DNA of 64,000 nt from Emticicia agri (GTDB lineage Bacteria > Bacteroidota > Bacteroidia > Cytophagales > Spirosomataceae), in the NCBI GenBank assembly GCA_945860265.1, contig CAMAQF010000008.1:3810-67809 (forward strand), given 5' to 3'. Of this stretch, positions 29,362-38,418 are shown piece by piece; positions within the stretch are counted from its first letter, which is position 1; the number at the start of each line of letters is the position of its first letter. The translations under genes were made by a program, and so were the position numbers. Under the pieces are notes generated by a model that saw only the letters and a program-made list of their open reading frames with translations, made no database searches and had not been told where the DNA came from.

Positions 29362-30987
29362 TTAAATGACATTCGCATCAAAAACACCTGTCAGAATTTT
29401 CCCTTCACGCTTTATTTGCAACCAAACTCGGTAATGCCCAGGCTTGGGGAAGGCATAAGGAAATGTAACTTGGCCGCTATGGTGTCCATCGTTTTCGTGT
29501 TTCATATTTCCCATCAATAATTTATCACGTTCGGCCTCGGTCATGGTCTGAAGTTTTGCCAAAATATTATCAACACTATCTCTGAATTGCTTTCCATTAT
29601 TCATGTTAGGGCGTTTATTACTTGTCTCGTCGATTCGTTTTTGCAAAACCTGCACAGCCGTTGACGAATATGTGCCATTGGGGTGCAAATGAATATACAC
29701 ACTTGCATCATCTTTAATAACGGCAACGTGACCCATCATGCCCAAATAAGTTTGCAATTCAGCAGGTTTTCCGTCAGGAGCAAGCACTGAAAATTCTAAA
29801 TCATAAACTTTGCCAGCTATTAATTTTTGATTGGGTTTTTCTTCCCAAACAATGCTTGAGCCATCTTGCAGCTTGGTTTTTACGCCTGCTGTTCCACAAA
29901 TCGTCATGCCTGAATTTTCTTGAAGTTTATACTCAACACCAAGACCATTAGTTATAACAAAAGTATCGTCTGAGTCTCCCGTGAGCGTTGGTATTATATT
30001 TACTTTTGGTGTTTGTGGAATTTCCACGGTATCAGTTATCGTATTTTGTAAGCTATGATAACGCAATACATCAGCAAAAATCAAATATTTTCCTGCGGGC
30101 ATATCGGGCAACGGAGCTTCAAAAGTTAATGTATCTTTTCGAGAAGGATGCAAATGAGCAAATACTTCCATAGAGCCTACTTTTACCAAAAACATGTGCA
30201 TTAGCTTTCCGTGGTCAGGAATGATAAAACTCATCGAACGGCCTTTAACCGAAATAGAATCTATCTTGAAGTTCAATATTCGCTGTCCGTCTCTAAAATT
30301 AATACTTGAGGTTGCAGTATAGGGGCGATAGATATTCCGTTGATAATCAGCCGTTTCGGCATTCCACCACATATTTCCTCCAAATAGTAATAATCCACAA
30401 AACGAAGCCCCAATCGTTGAGCCAACAATGCGTCGTTTCTTAGTCGAATTGTTTTCACTTTCTCCTACTTTCAACAAACTATCGCCCGTACTTGCTCCAA
30501 TAATCGTAGTCATAATGCCTACTAAAAGCAAAGCCAAACCTGCCAAAATCCAACTCAATGAGCTAGGCAGTTGGCGTTGAGCGGTAGAAATTGCCGCAAT
30601 CGGAATCAACACTTCGCCCTTCCCTCTTGCTCCTTCAATGACTACTTTCACACTGGCCGCACCATTTTCCATAAGCCAAATTTTTCCTTCATATTTACCT
30701 TCTTCGATCATAACCCCTTCGTCGGAACGAGGCGAACCTTCATCGCCAGTCCAATAATAAATCGGACTCATCTTTACACTTTTTATGTCGTTTCCATCGA
30801 CCATCACCGACACTTTGGCAGTTCCCGGAATCACATCGGGTGGCTCAACATATACTTGAACGCTATAATTTCCGGCTTTTCCTTCATGCACAACGCCAGC
30901 ACTACCAATGTGAGCAAAAGCAGAAAAAGAGATAAAAAATATTGAAATTACTTTAAAGAAAGTATTTTTTGATTTTATAAAATTCAT
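29362..30987 (-). CDS. Exported, 2-TM-anchored His-motif protein; putative copper-binding partner with PmoB-like topology
   Basis: Signal peptide ending AFA|H26; beta-rich domain; two TM helices; two repeats DHGKLMH...FAHLHP and YLGMMGH...YIHLHP. Confidence 0.75.
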   Translation of the reverse strand: MNFIKSKNTFFKVISIFFISFSAFAHIGSAGVVHEGKAGNYSVQVYVEPPDVIPGTAKVSVMVDGNDIKSVKMSPIYYWTGDEGSPRSDEGVMIEEGKYEGKIWLMENGAASVKVVIEGARGKGEVLIPIAAISTAQRQLPSSLSWILAGLALLLVGIMTTIIGASTGDSLLKVGESENNSTKKRRIVGSTIGASFCGLLLFGGNMWWNAETADYQRNIYRPYTATSSINFRDGQRILNFKIDSISVKGRSMSFIIPDHGKLMHMFLVKVGSMEVFAHLHPSRKDTLTFEAPLPDMPAGKYLIFADVLRYHSLQNTITDTVEIPQTPKVNIIPTLTGDSDDTFVITNGLGVEYKLQENSGMTICGTAGVKTKLQDGSSIVWEEKPNQKLIAGKVYDLEFSVLAPDGKPAELQTYLGMMGHVAVIKDDASVYIHLHPNGTYSSTAVQVLQKRIDETSNKRPNMNNGKQFRDSVDNILAKLQTMTEAERDKLLMGNMKHENDGHHSGQVTFPYAFPKPGHYRVWLQIKREGKILTGVFDANVI

Positions 30988-31036
30988 TTTTTGATTTTTA
31001 AAAATACATTGAAAATTATCAGTGAAAAATATTCAC

Positions 31037-31068
31037 TCATTCAGAACGGGCGGCGTTTCGCTTCACTC
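31037..31068. repeat. Dispersed 32-nt intergenic repeat, copy 1
   Basis: TCATTCAGAACGGGCGGCGTTTCGCTTCACTC; 26/32 identical to 59667-59698. Confidence 0.65.
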
Positions 31069-31074
31069 GTAGAC

Positions 31075-32298
31075 TTACCTCTGCACCTGTTTCATCCAAT
31101 TTCCCCAAGCAAGACCGATGCGTGTCGATATAAAACTAAAAATAAATGAAAGCGAAATACCTATTAGCCATTCATTCAAAGATTTTTTAGTCCAAGGGCC
31201 AAACTTGAACCGATATTCCCACTCGGCATCATTCTGGAACGACCAAGAATTACTTCCAAAAAACCAATTTCGTGCAAGCGGTGATTCGAGTAAAAATGCA
31301 CCAAACGGATAATGCGTCAAGAATAAAATAAGCGTATATGCTCCCCCCAATATGAATGCTAATATCCAATCGTTTTTAGTCGAAAACTTATCTCTTAACC
31401 AATCAGTTACAAATGCTGGAATAAATAAAAGCATTGGAAAGCCGAGTGTTTGATAGGTACTGATTTTGTTATGAATAGGTCCCAAAAGAGGTTCAGCCGG
31501 CAAAAGTCTTAGCGTAGCATTAACAGCCCAGTGAAAAATCAAAAATATGACACATAGATAGGTAGTTCCCCATTTTTTGTTTGAAGCTCGACCGGCTGCA
31601 AACAAGATAAGTGGAAATGCTACACTGGCAACTTCATAAAACGATGGCTCGTGCATTTCCCAACGTCCCAAAGATTCAGAAAGGAATGTGAAAATAGAAG
31701 TGATTAGAAAAGCCGCCGTAAAAATAAACATCCATTGCAAACGGTTCGTGCGTTTAGTGTTTTCTTCGGCTGAAAGCGATGTTACGTTTTCACTACGATT
31801 CAAAAACGCCAAAACGGCTATCATTGCCCCCATTTGTACGCTCATCAAACCCAAAAGCAAAACTGCATGTGGTGGAGAAAGAATCTGCACATCCAGACCA
31901 TAGGTATTATGCCACCAATCATCAAACGGTGCAGAAGTAATAGAAGCGATTCCGCCCCAAATACAGAAAAGTCCACCCAGTGAACTATAAAAAACACCCC
32001 AAAACTTCACCATTTTGCCTTTTTCGAGTTGATTTCCCCAAAAAGAAGTTTTCAGAACTTGATATCCAGAAAAAATACCCGTGGCAGCCGCTCCAATATA
32101 AGTTACAACGTGCGGAGCAGAAAACAGGCCATCACGACCAATACTCATGTGCCAAGCAATGTCCCACAAGATGCCGAGAATCACGCACATTGATGCAAAC
32201 ACACTCACATACACATAGAGTGGAATAGCCAGTAAAAGTTTTGAAGAGGATGAAAATTCTTTTTCGCTTGTAATAGACTGATTAATAGCCGTTTCCAT
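31075..32298 (-). CDS. Polytopic membrane protein with two PmoC/AmoC-like metal-binding motifs
   Basis: WDIAWHMSIGRDGLFSAPH (D46,H50,H63) and FDDWWHNTYGLDVQILSPPH (D126,H130,H144); about 9-10 hydrophobic segments. Confidence 0.75.
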   Translation of the reverse strand: METAINQSITSEKEFSSSSKLLLAIPLYVYVSVFASMCVILGILWDIAWHMSIGRDGLFSAPHVVTYIGAAATGIFSGYQVLKTSFWGNQLEKGKMVKFWGVFYSSLGGLFCIWGGIASITSAPFDDWWHNTYGLDVQILSPPHAVLLLGLMSVQMGAMIAVLAFLNRSENVTSLSAEENTKRTNRLQWMFIFTAAFLITSIFTFLSESLGRWEMHEPSFYEVASVAFPLILFAAGRASNKKWGTTYLCVIFLIFHWAVNATLRLLPAEPLLGPIHNKISTYQTLGFPMLLFIPAFVTDWLRDKFSTKNDWILAFILGGAYTLILFLTHYPFGAFLLESPLARNWFFGSNSWSFQNDAEWEYRFKFGPWTKKSLNEWLIGISLSFIFSFISTRIGLAWGNWMKQVQR

Positions 32299-32355
32299 AG
32301 ATTATTGATTAGTTTGTATAATGATATTTCTATTGTTAGTTACTCGCAATCGAAG

Positions 32356-32859
32356 TTAAAATAAACCTAATTGTGATTGATTAGGTAAACTTCCCTCGTG
32401 TCGAAGTAACCATTCTTTTCGCCAAAGATCGCCGCCGTAGCCCACCAAACTTCCATCAGAGCCAATGACTCGGTGGCAGGGCAAAATTATAGTCAACGGA
32501 TTATTACCATTGGCCGTACCAACTGCACGAATGGCTTTTTCGTTGCCAATTCTTCTTGAAAATTCAAGATACGAAATCGTTTTGCCGTAAGGAATAGTTT
32601 TGAGATATTCCCATACATTTCGTTGAAAATCAGTTCCTTGCGGCTGCATTGGCAAATCAAAATCTTTGAGTTTTCCTGCAAAATAAGCATCAAATTGTTT
32701 GATTGTCTCATCAATGATTGGCGAGTTTTCGGGCGTCTCTTCTAACTGACTACTTGGTTTCTTTTGAGCTTCTCGAAACAGCACATCCGTCAAGAAATCA
32801 TCATTTGCTACAATTTCTAATACGCCAATAGGAGAACTATAGTGTTTGATGTATTGCAT
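32356..32859 (-). CDS. ogt: Methylated-DNA--protein-cysteine S-methyltransferase
   Basis: GTDFQRNVW, RAVGTANGNNP, active site PCHRV. Confidence 0.95.
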   Translation of the reverse strand: MQYIKHYSSPIGVLEIVANDDFLTDVLFREAQKKPSSQLEETPENSPIIDETIKQFDAYFAGKLKDFDLPMQPQGTDFQRNVWEYLKTIPYGKTISYLEFSRRIGNEKAIRAVGTANGNNPLTIILPCHRVIGSDGSLVGYGGDLWRKEWLLRHEGSLPNQSQLGLF

Positions 32860-33010
32860 AAGTTTTGGACGTTGCTCATTCTATTTCAAATATACAAAAG
32901 AATATCTGAAAAACTTTTCTGATAATCAAACAGTTATAAATTAGTAGTTTTGTAATTTTGTTGTCTTATTTTAAATTTATGAATGACTCCGAAAATAATT
33001 CGGCAAATAT

Positions 33011-33736
33011 ATGGTAGTACCTTACAAAGAAAAAGATAGCAGCAAGCGGGAGCAAATCGCCGAAATGTTTGATAATGTTTCGCCTAAATATGATTTCTTG
33101 AACCATTTGCTCAGTGGTGGAATTGATTTTTGGTGGAGAAAAAAGGCTATTTCGATGTTGCTTGCCGAAAAACCACAATTGATTTTGGATATTGCAACGG
33201 GTACGGGCGATTTGGCCGTTGAAGCTGTGAAACAACTTAAACCCGAAAAAGTTATCGGCGTTGATATTTCGGAAGGGATGTTATCGTTTGGACGTGAGAA
33301 AATGAAGAAACTGGGTTTAGAAAACAAAATCGAACTTCAAACGGGCGATTCTGAGAATTTACAGTTTGAAAACAATACTTTCGATGCCGTTATCGTTTCT
33401 TTTGGAGTACGAAACTTTGAAAATCTTGAAAAAGGTCTGACCGATATGTGTCGAGTAACCAAATCAGGTGGAACGTGTATGGTCATGGAATTTTCAAATC
33501 CTAAAACTCCCGTTATAAAGCAATTATACAATTTTTATAATGCGACAATCCTCCCTTTCATAGGTAGATTAGTATCAAACGATAGCTCGGCTTATAGTTA
33601 TTTGCCCGAATCGGTAAAGACATTTCCAGAAGGTGAAAATTTCTTGAAAGTGTTTGAAAAAGCAGGATTCCGACAGACAAAATGTATCCCGCTTACTTTT
33701 GGCGTTTGCTCAATTTATATTGGCAAAAAGCCATAA
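33011..33736 (+). CDS. ubiE: Demethylmenaquinone methyltransferase UbiE/MenG
   Basis: MFDNVSPKYDFLNHLLSGGID, LDIATGTGDLA, FGVRNF, AYSYLPES. Confidence 0.95.
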   Translation: MVVPYKEKDSSKREQIAEMFDNVSPKYDFLNHLLSGGIDFWWRKKAISMLLAEKPQLILDIATGTGDLAVEAVKQLKPEKVIGVDISEGMLSFGREKMKKLGLENKIELQTGDSENLQFENNTFDAVIVSFGVRNFENLEKGLTDMCRVTKSGGTCMVMEFSNPKTPVIKQLYNFYNATILPFIGRLVSNDSSAYSYLPESVKTFPEGENFLKVFEKAGFRQTKCIPLTFGVCSIYIGKKP

Positions 33737-33801
33737 TGTTGGCTCATGACTGTCAATAGCAGGAACAGTCCAACATAAGTAAGCTTATTTTTTGAAAATT
33801 T

Positions 33802-34536
33802 ATGAAGAACGTCCCTTTTCTCAGATTATTTTTTAGTCTTTTTTTAGTATCATTGCTCACTCAAAGTGTGTTTGCTCAAGAAACTCGTCGCCATTTTCAG
33901 GCAGACTACGATGCAAAAACACTGAGATTCGGCTATTTTTTGGGATTACCAAGTACTTTTTACAACGTGAAGTTTAATAATTACTTTGTCAATAAAGATA
34001 ATTATTATAGCATTACATCACCTTCTACTTTTGGACTTAAAATGGGAGGTTTGGCTAATTTTAGACTTAACGACTATTTTGATTTTAGGGTTTTACCTAC
34101 GGTATCCATTTACGGAAGAAGATTAGAATATAAATACATAGACACTGCTTTACCAGCCACTGATCCAAATAAGTTAAATGAGAACACCGACTTACGAGAA
34201 ACTGCTTGGTTTGAGCTTCCAGTAATGTTTAAATACAAATCTGAAAGACGGGGAAATGTAAGAATGTATCTTTTTGGCGGACTTCGTTATGGAGTTGAAA
34301 CAAACCCTAATAGTAGAAGAAACAAATCGAAGTTTATCACAAAAACCAGTGATTTTAGTGTAGAATATGGCACTGGAATTGAGTTTTTTAGAGAATATTT
34401 CAAATTTGCTCCAGAAATTCATTTTTCGCACGGCATCAAAAATTTAGTTGACCCAGTCAATAACAAAAATACACCCCTGCAAGGCGTTGACCGTCTTACA
34501 ACGCATACTGTTACACTTTATATATTGTTTGAATAA
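33802..34536 (+). CDS. porT: PorT/SprT-family type IX secretion outer-membrane beta-barrel
   Basis: YDAKTLRFGYFLG, ELPVMFKYKSERRGNVRMY, YFKFAPEI, terminal FE; follows ubiE as in other Bacteroidota. Confidence 0.8.
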   Translation: MKNVPFLRLFFSLFLVSLLTQSVFAQETRRHFQADYDAKTLRFGYFLGLPSTFYNVKFNNYFVNKDNYYSITSPSTFGLKMGGLANFRLNDYFDFRVLPTVSIYGRRLEYKYIDTALPATDPNKLNENTDLRETAWFELPVMFKYKSERRGNVRMYLFGGLRYGVETNPNSRRNKSKFITKTSDFSVEYGTGIEFFREYFKFAPEIHFSHGIKNLVDPVNNKNTPLQGVDRLTTHTVTLYILFE

Positions 34537-34619
34537 TATTTTTGAATAGAGATTTGTAGAAACTTATAAAAGTTCTTTCAAACAAACTCAAATCTTTTGT
34601 CTTTTGACTCAAATCTCAA

Positions 34620-34832
34620 ATGAAATACATCGCCATTTTCCTTATAAGACTTTACCAAGCAGGTATTTCGCCTTGGTTTCCGCCATCATGCCGGTACACA
34701 CCTACATGTTCGCAATATTCGGTTGAAGCATTTCAAAAATATGGCTTTTTCAAAGGTTTTTGGCTGACTGCTAAACGCATCGCTCGTTGTGGCCCATGGA
34801 GCCATTCTCATGGCTACGACCCTGTTCCTTGA
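34620..34832 (+). CDS. yidD: Membrane protein insertion efficiency factor YidD
   Basis: [31 protein letters not shown]. Confidence 0.93.
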   Translation: MKYIAIFLIRLYQAGISPWFPPSCRYTPTCSQYSVEAFQKYGFFKGFWLTAKRIARCGPWSHSHGYDPVP

Positions 34833-34848
34833 TTGATTGTTACTTTTT

Positions 34849-35043
34849 ACTCATAACAATCCATCCGATACTTTTTTATTATTAGAAGCCACGTACAAAA
34901 GATGAGAATTATTGATGAGAAATATGTTGGAAAATGATTTCGAGAAAACGTTTTTTCACGTATTACGGCAGACAAATCTCAATTTAAAACAGACATTAAG
35001 TATTGGTGCTTTGCATACAAAACATCATTTTGACAATATTTAG
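34849..35043 (+). pseudogene. Relic of a DinB/YfiT-family (thiol S-transferase-like) C-terminus
   Basis: LLLEATYKR*ELLMRNMLENDFEKTFFHV...LSIGALHTKHHFDNI*; TGA at 34903 at the expected Trp; terminal HxxHH motif. Confidence 0.6.
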
Positions 35044-35091
35044 AGTAGTATTATCAGTGTAAAATTTAACTTTGTAGAAAATTTCAAAAAA

Positions 35092-35325
35092 ATGATTACA
35101 AACTTACTTATTCGGATTACAACAAACATTGAGCAATCTGGAGGAAAACCTTGCATCAGAAATATGCGAATTCGAGTTTCTGATGTCTTAGATTTGTTGG
35201 CAAACGGAATTTCTCCCGAACAAATCGTAGCTGACGAGTTACCCGATTTAGAATTACAAGACATTTATGCTTGTTTTGCTTTTGCCTCGGTAAAACTAAA
35301 CCATCCAATTTTGCAAGCTGCATGA
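35092..35325 (+). CDS. DUF433 family protein (putative antitoxin)
   Basis: GGKPCIRNMRIRVSDVLDLLANG...PDLELQDIYAC. Confidence 0.9.
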   Translation: MITNLLIRITTNIEQSGGKPCIRNMRIRVSDVLDLLANGISPEQIVADELPDLELQDIYACFAFASVKLNHPILQAA

Positions 35326-35657
35326 TTTTAATTTTGGATGCACATATTTAGCCAAGTCTTGTATAATAGATAAAAGAAAAGTTCTCAATTAACTGTTTTT
35401 CAGCCACTTTCTTAGGACTTCAAGAAGCAAACAACAGAATAATTTTTCTGGAAGCCAAACAACAAAATGCAATTATTATAAGCAAAGATGATGATTTTGT
35501 GAAGTTATTAGAACAACTTGGAAGTCCTCCTAAAATTATCTGGCTTATTAGCGGAAATAGTTCAAAGCAAAGATTAAAAGAAATTTTTGAACAACATCTT
35601 TTGGTTGCTCTCAAACTACTCGAAAACACCGATTTGGTAGAAATAACAGGGTTTTAA
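35322..35657 (+). pseudogene. DUF5615 PIN-like (VapC45-type) toxin, inactivated by three in-frame stops
   Basis: ATGA overlap with DUF433; MILILDAHI*PSLV**IKEKF...IIISKDDDF...GSPPKIIWLISGNSS; stops at 35349, 35364, 35367. Confidence 0.85.
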
Positions 35658-35717
35658 ATAAGTATATAAATATAGTTTTCAATTAAAATAGCTCCCCTTT
35701 AGGAACTAAGGGTTTTT

Positions 35718-37607
35718 ATGAACAATACCTATTATATCATAGATTTCGATAGCACTTTTACTAAGGTAGAAGGCCTTGACGAACTAGCAAATATTGCTTT
35801 GGCAGGAAGTGCTACACAGGAAAAAGTAGTTGCTCAAATCAGAAGTCTGACCGAGCAAGGCATGAATGGCGAAATTACTTTTTCGGAGGCACTCAGCCGA
35901 CGAATTGAATTATTGAAAGCCAATGGTTCGCATATAAAGCAATTAGTTGACTTTCTGCATACACAAGTATCAGAATCATTTCAACGCAATGAAAAATTCT
36001 TGCGTGAATATGCCGACCGTATTTTGATTGTTTCGGGCGGTTTTAAAGAGTTTATCGTGCCAATCGTTACCTCGATGGGTATAAAAGAAGCGAACGTGTA
36101 TGCCAATACTTTCGTTTTTGATGCTGAAGATAATATCATTGGTGTTGACCAAGATAATGTTTTGGCTCACGAAAAAGGTAAAGTAAAGTTATTAGGTTCA
36201 TTGAATCTCGATGGTGATGTTTACGCCATTGGTGATGGCTATACCGACTACGAACTTCGTGCTTCGGGTCTGGCTAATCGTTTCTATGCATTTACGGAAA
36301 ACGTTGAGCGTGAGAAAGTTACCTCAAAAGCTGACCAAATTGTGTCATCGTTGGATGAGTTTTTGTATCTGAATAAATTAACACGTAGCCAATCATATCC
36401 AAAAAGCCGTATCAAGGTTTTATTAATTGAAAATGTTCACTCGGTTGCTATTGAAGCATTCAAACTTGAAGGCTTTGATGTGGAAACGCACAAAGGTGCA
36501 ATGGATGAGGAGGAGTTATCAGAAAAAATCAAAGGAGTTTCGATTTTGGGACTTCGCTCAAAAACTAATTTGACTAAAAAAGTCCTTGAAAATGCCGATA
36601 AACTAATTATAGTTGGTGCATTTTGTATCGGAACAAACCAAATAGACCTTAAAACTTGTACCGAAAAAGGCATTGCAATTTTCAATGCACCCTATAGCAA
36701 TACTCGCTCGGTAGTAGAATTGGCCATCGGCGAAATGATTTTGTTGATTCGTAATGTATTTACCAAAAGCAACCAAATGCACGCTGGTAAATGGGATAAA
36801 TCGGCCAATAATAGCTTTGAGGTTCGTGGCAAAAAACTCGGTTTGATTGGCTATGGACATATTGGAACGCAACTTTCGGTTATCGGCGAAGCTCTCGGTA
36901 TGGAAATCTACTTCTACGATATTGTAGATAAAATGCCAATCGGAAATGCAAAGAAATGCCGCTCTTTGGAAGAAGTTTTACGCGTTTCGGATGTGGTAAG
37001 TATGCATATTGACGGCCGTAAAGAAAACACCAATGTTTTTGGCAAACGTGAGTTTGAAATGATGAAAGACGGCGTTATTTTTATGAATCTTGCTCGTGGA
37101 CACGTAGTTGAAGTACCAGCTTTGGTGGAAGCCATCAAATCGGGCAAAGTTGGCGGTGCCGGTATCGACGTATTCCCGTATGAACCAAAAACCAACAGCG
37201 AACCATTCGAGAATGAATTACGTGGTTTACCAAACGTAATCCTTACGCCACACATCGGCGGTAGCACCGAAGAAGCTCAAGAAGGAATCGGACTTTATGT
37301 ACCAGAGCGTTTGCTCGAATACATGAATAATGGTAGCACAACGGGCAGCGTAAATTTCCCAGAAGTACAATTGCCATTGCTTCGTGATTCGCACCGTTTA
37401 TTACACATTCACCAAAATGTACCAGGCATTTTGGCGAAAATCAATAATATTTTTGCGAAACACCATATCAATATTATTGGTCAGTATTTGAAAACCAACG
37501 AAACGATTGGTTATGTAATTATGGATATTAGTAAAGGCTATACCAACGAGTTTATCCAAGAAATCAAAGATATAGACGAAACAATTCGTTTCAGAATGTT
37601 GTATTGA
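35718..37607 (+). CDS. serA: Fused HAD phosphoserine phosphatase-like domain + D-3-phosphoglycerate dehydrogenase + ACT
   Basis: N-terminal DFDST...VSGGF...IGDGYTD; SerA GAFCIGTNQ, NAPYSNTRSVVEL, LTPHIGGSTEEAQ; ACT HQNVPG. Confidence 0.95.
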   Translation: MNNTYYIIDFDSTFTKVEGLDELANIALAGSATQEKVVAQIRSLTEQGMNGEITFSEALSRRIELLKANGSHIKQLVDFLHTQVSESFQRNEKFLREYADRILIVSGGFKEFIVPIVTSMGIKEANVYANTFVFDAEDNIIGVDQDNVLAHEKGKVKLLGSLNLDGDVYAIGDGYTDYELRASGLANRFYAFTENVEREKVTSKADQIVSSLDEFLYLNKLTRSQSYPKSRIKVLLIENVHSVAIEAFKLEGFDVETHKGAMDEEELSEKIKGVSILGLRSKTNLTKKVLENADKLIIVGAFCIGTNQIDLKTCTEKGIAIFNAPYSNTRSVVELAIGEMILLIRNVFTKSNQMHAGKWDKSANNSFEVRGKKLGLIGYGHIGTQLSVIGEALGMEIYFYDIVDKMPIGNAKKCRSLEEVLRVSDVVSMHIDGRKENTNVFGKREFEMMKDGVIFMNLARGHVVEVPALVEAIKSGKVGGAGIDVFPYEPKTNSEPFENELRGLPNVILTPHIGGSTEEAQEGIGLYVPERLLEYMNNGSTTGSVNFPEVQLPLLRDSHRLLHIHQNVPGILAKINNIFAKHHINIIGQYLKTNETIGYVIMDISKGYTNEFIQEIKDIDETIRFRMLY

Positions 37608-37692
37608 TATTTTTCGCAAACATTGTATCGATTTTCAAAATACTATGTTTTAATAAAAATTGATATATTTGTTAATAGTAACAAGATATAAC

Positions 37693-37953
37693 ATGGCGTC
37701 ATCAAAAAAAAATATCGAAGAAATTAAAGCCTTATTTCCTAATGAATGGGTTTTAATTGGAAATCCTAAAATGGACGAGGCCGAATTAAATGTCTTGTCT
37801 GGAATTCCAATTTTACACAGCAAAGATAAAAAAGAAGTATGTTATCTAGGTAAAAGTAAAACAAGCGATTTCAATACTATTACAGTTATTTATACAGGTT
37901 CATTTCAACCTGTAAGAACAATGACTGGCATTTTTAATAGTAAGAAAAAATGA
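37693..37953 (+). CDS. Small hypothetical protein coupled to the aspartyl protease gene
   Basis: IEEIKALFPNEWVLIGNP; ATGA overlap with the next gene. Confidence 0.7.
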   Translation: MASSKKNIEEIKALFPNEWVLIGNPKMDEAELNVLSGIPILHSKDKKEVCYLGKSKTSDFNTITVIYTGSFQPVRTMTGIFNSKKK

Positions 37954-38345
37954 AATTTAGTTTTGAAAGAATGGTTGATGGTGGGCTAATTATTGTAGGC
38001 TTAACATTGGATAAAAAGAGCAAACTAAGAATGATTTTAGATACAGGTTGCTCAAATACGACTATTGATAGTAACGCTTTATACTTATCGGGTTACGAAC
38101 TAAAAGATGCTGTAGAAATTGTAGAAATCGAAACGGCAAATGGAATCGTAGAGTCGGAAGTTTTTGAAGTAAACCAAATAAAATCAATCGGAATTCTAAA
38201 AAGCAAGTTTAAAATCCAAGTTTATGATTTTTTAGCTCATTGCATTTTTTCAAATTACGATGGTCTTATTGGGCTAGATTTTTTGGAAGGAACTAAATTT
38301 TGTATTGATACCAATTTAAATGAGATAACAATTACTGCAAAATAA
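37950..38345 (+). CDS. Retropepsin-like (clan AA) single-domain aspartyl protease
   Basis: ILDTGCS catalytic motif, IETANG flap, DGLIGLDFL. Confidence 0.85.
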   Translation: MKFSFERMVDGGLIIVGLTLDKKSKLRMILDTGCSNTTIDSNALYLSGYELKDAVEIVEIETANGIVESEVFEVNQIKSIGILKSKFKIQVYDFLAHCIFSNYDGLIGLDFLEGTKFCIDTNLNEITITAK

Positions 38346-38364
38346 AATATATAATCACTATTTT

Positions 38365-38404
38365 AAAGAAATCCACTTCACTGCTCAGTAAAGTGGATTT
38401 CTTT
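38365..38404. terminator. Bidirectional intrinsic terminator
   Basis: AAAGAAATCCACTT...AAGTGGATTTCTTT. Confidence 0.8.
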
Positions 38405-38418
38405 ATTTATAAAACCTC

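Noticed and set aside
29362..32298. Calling the pair a true pmoCAB/amoCAB operon
   Set aside because: No pmoA, no overall similarity visible by eye beyond motifs and topology, and the PmoB HxH is missing; kept as CuMMO-like only
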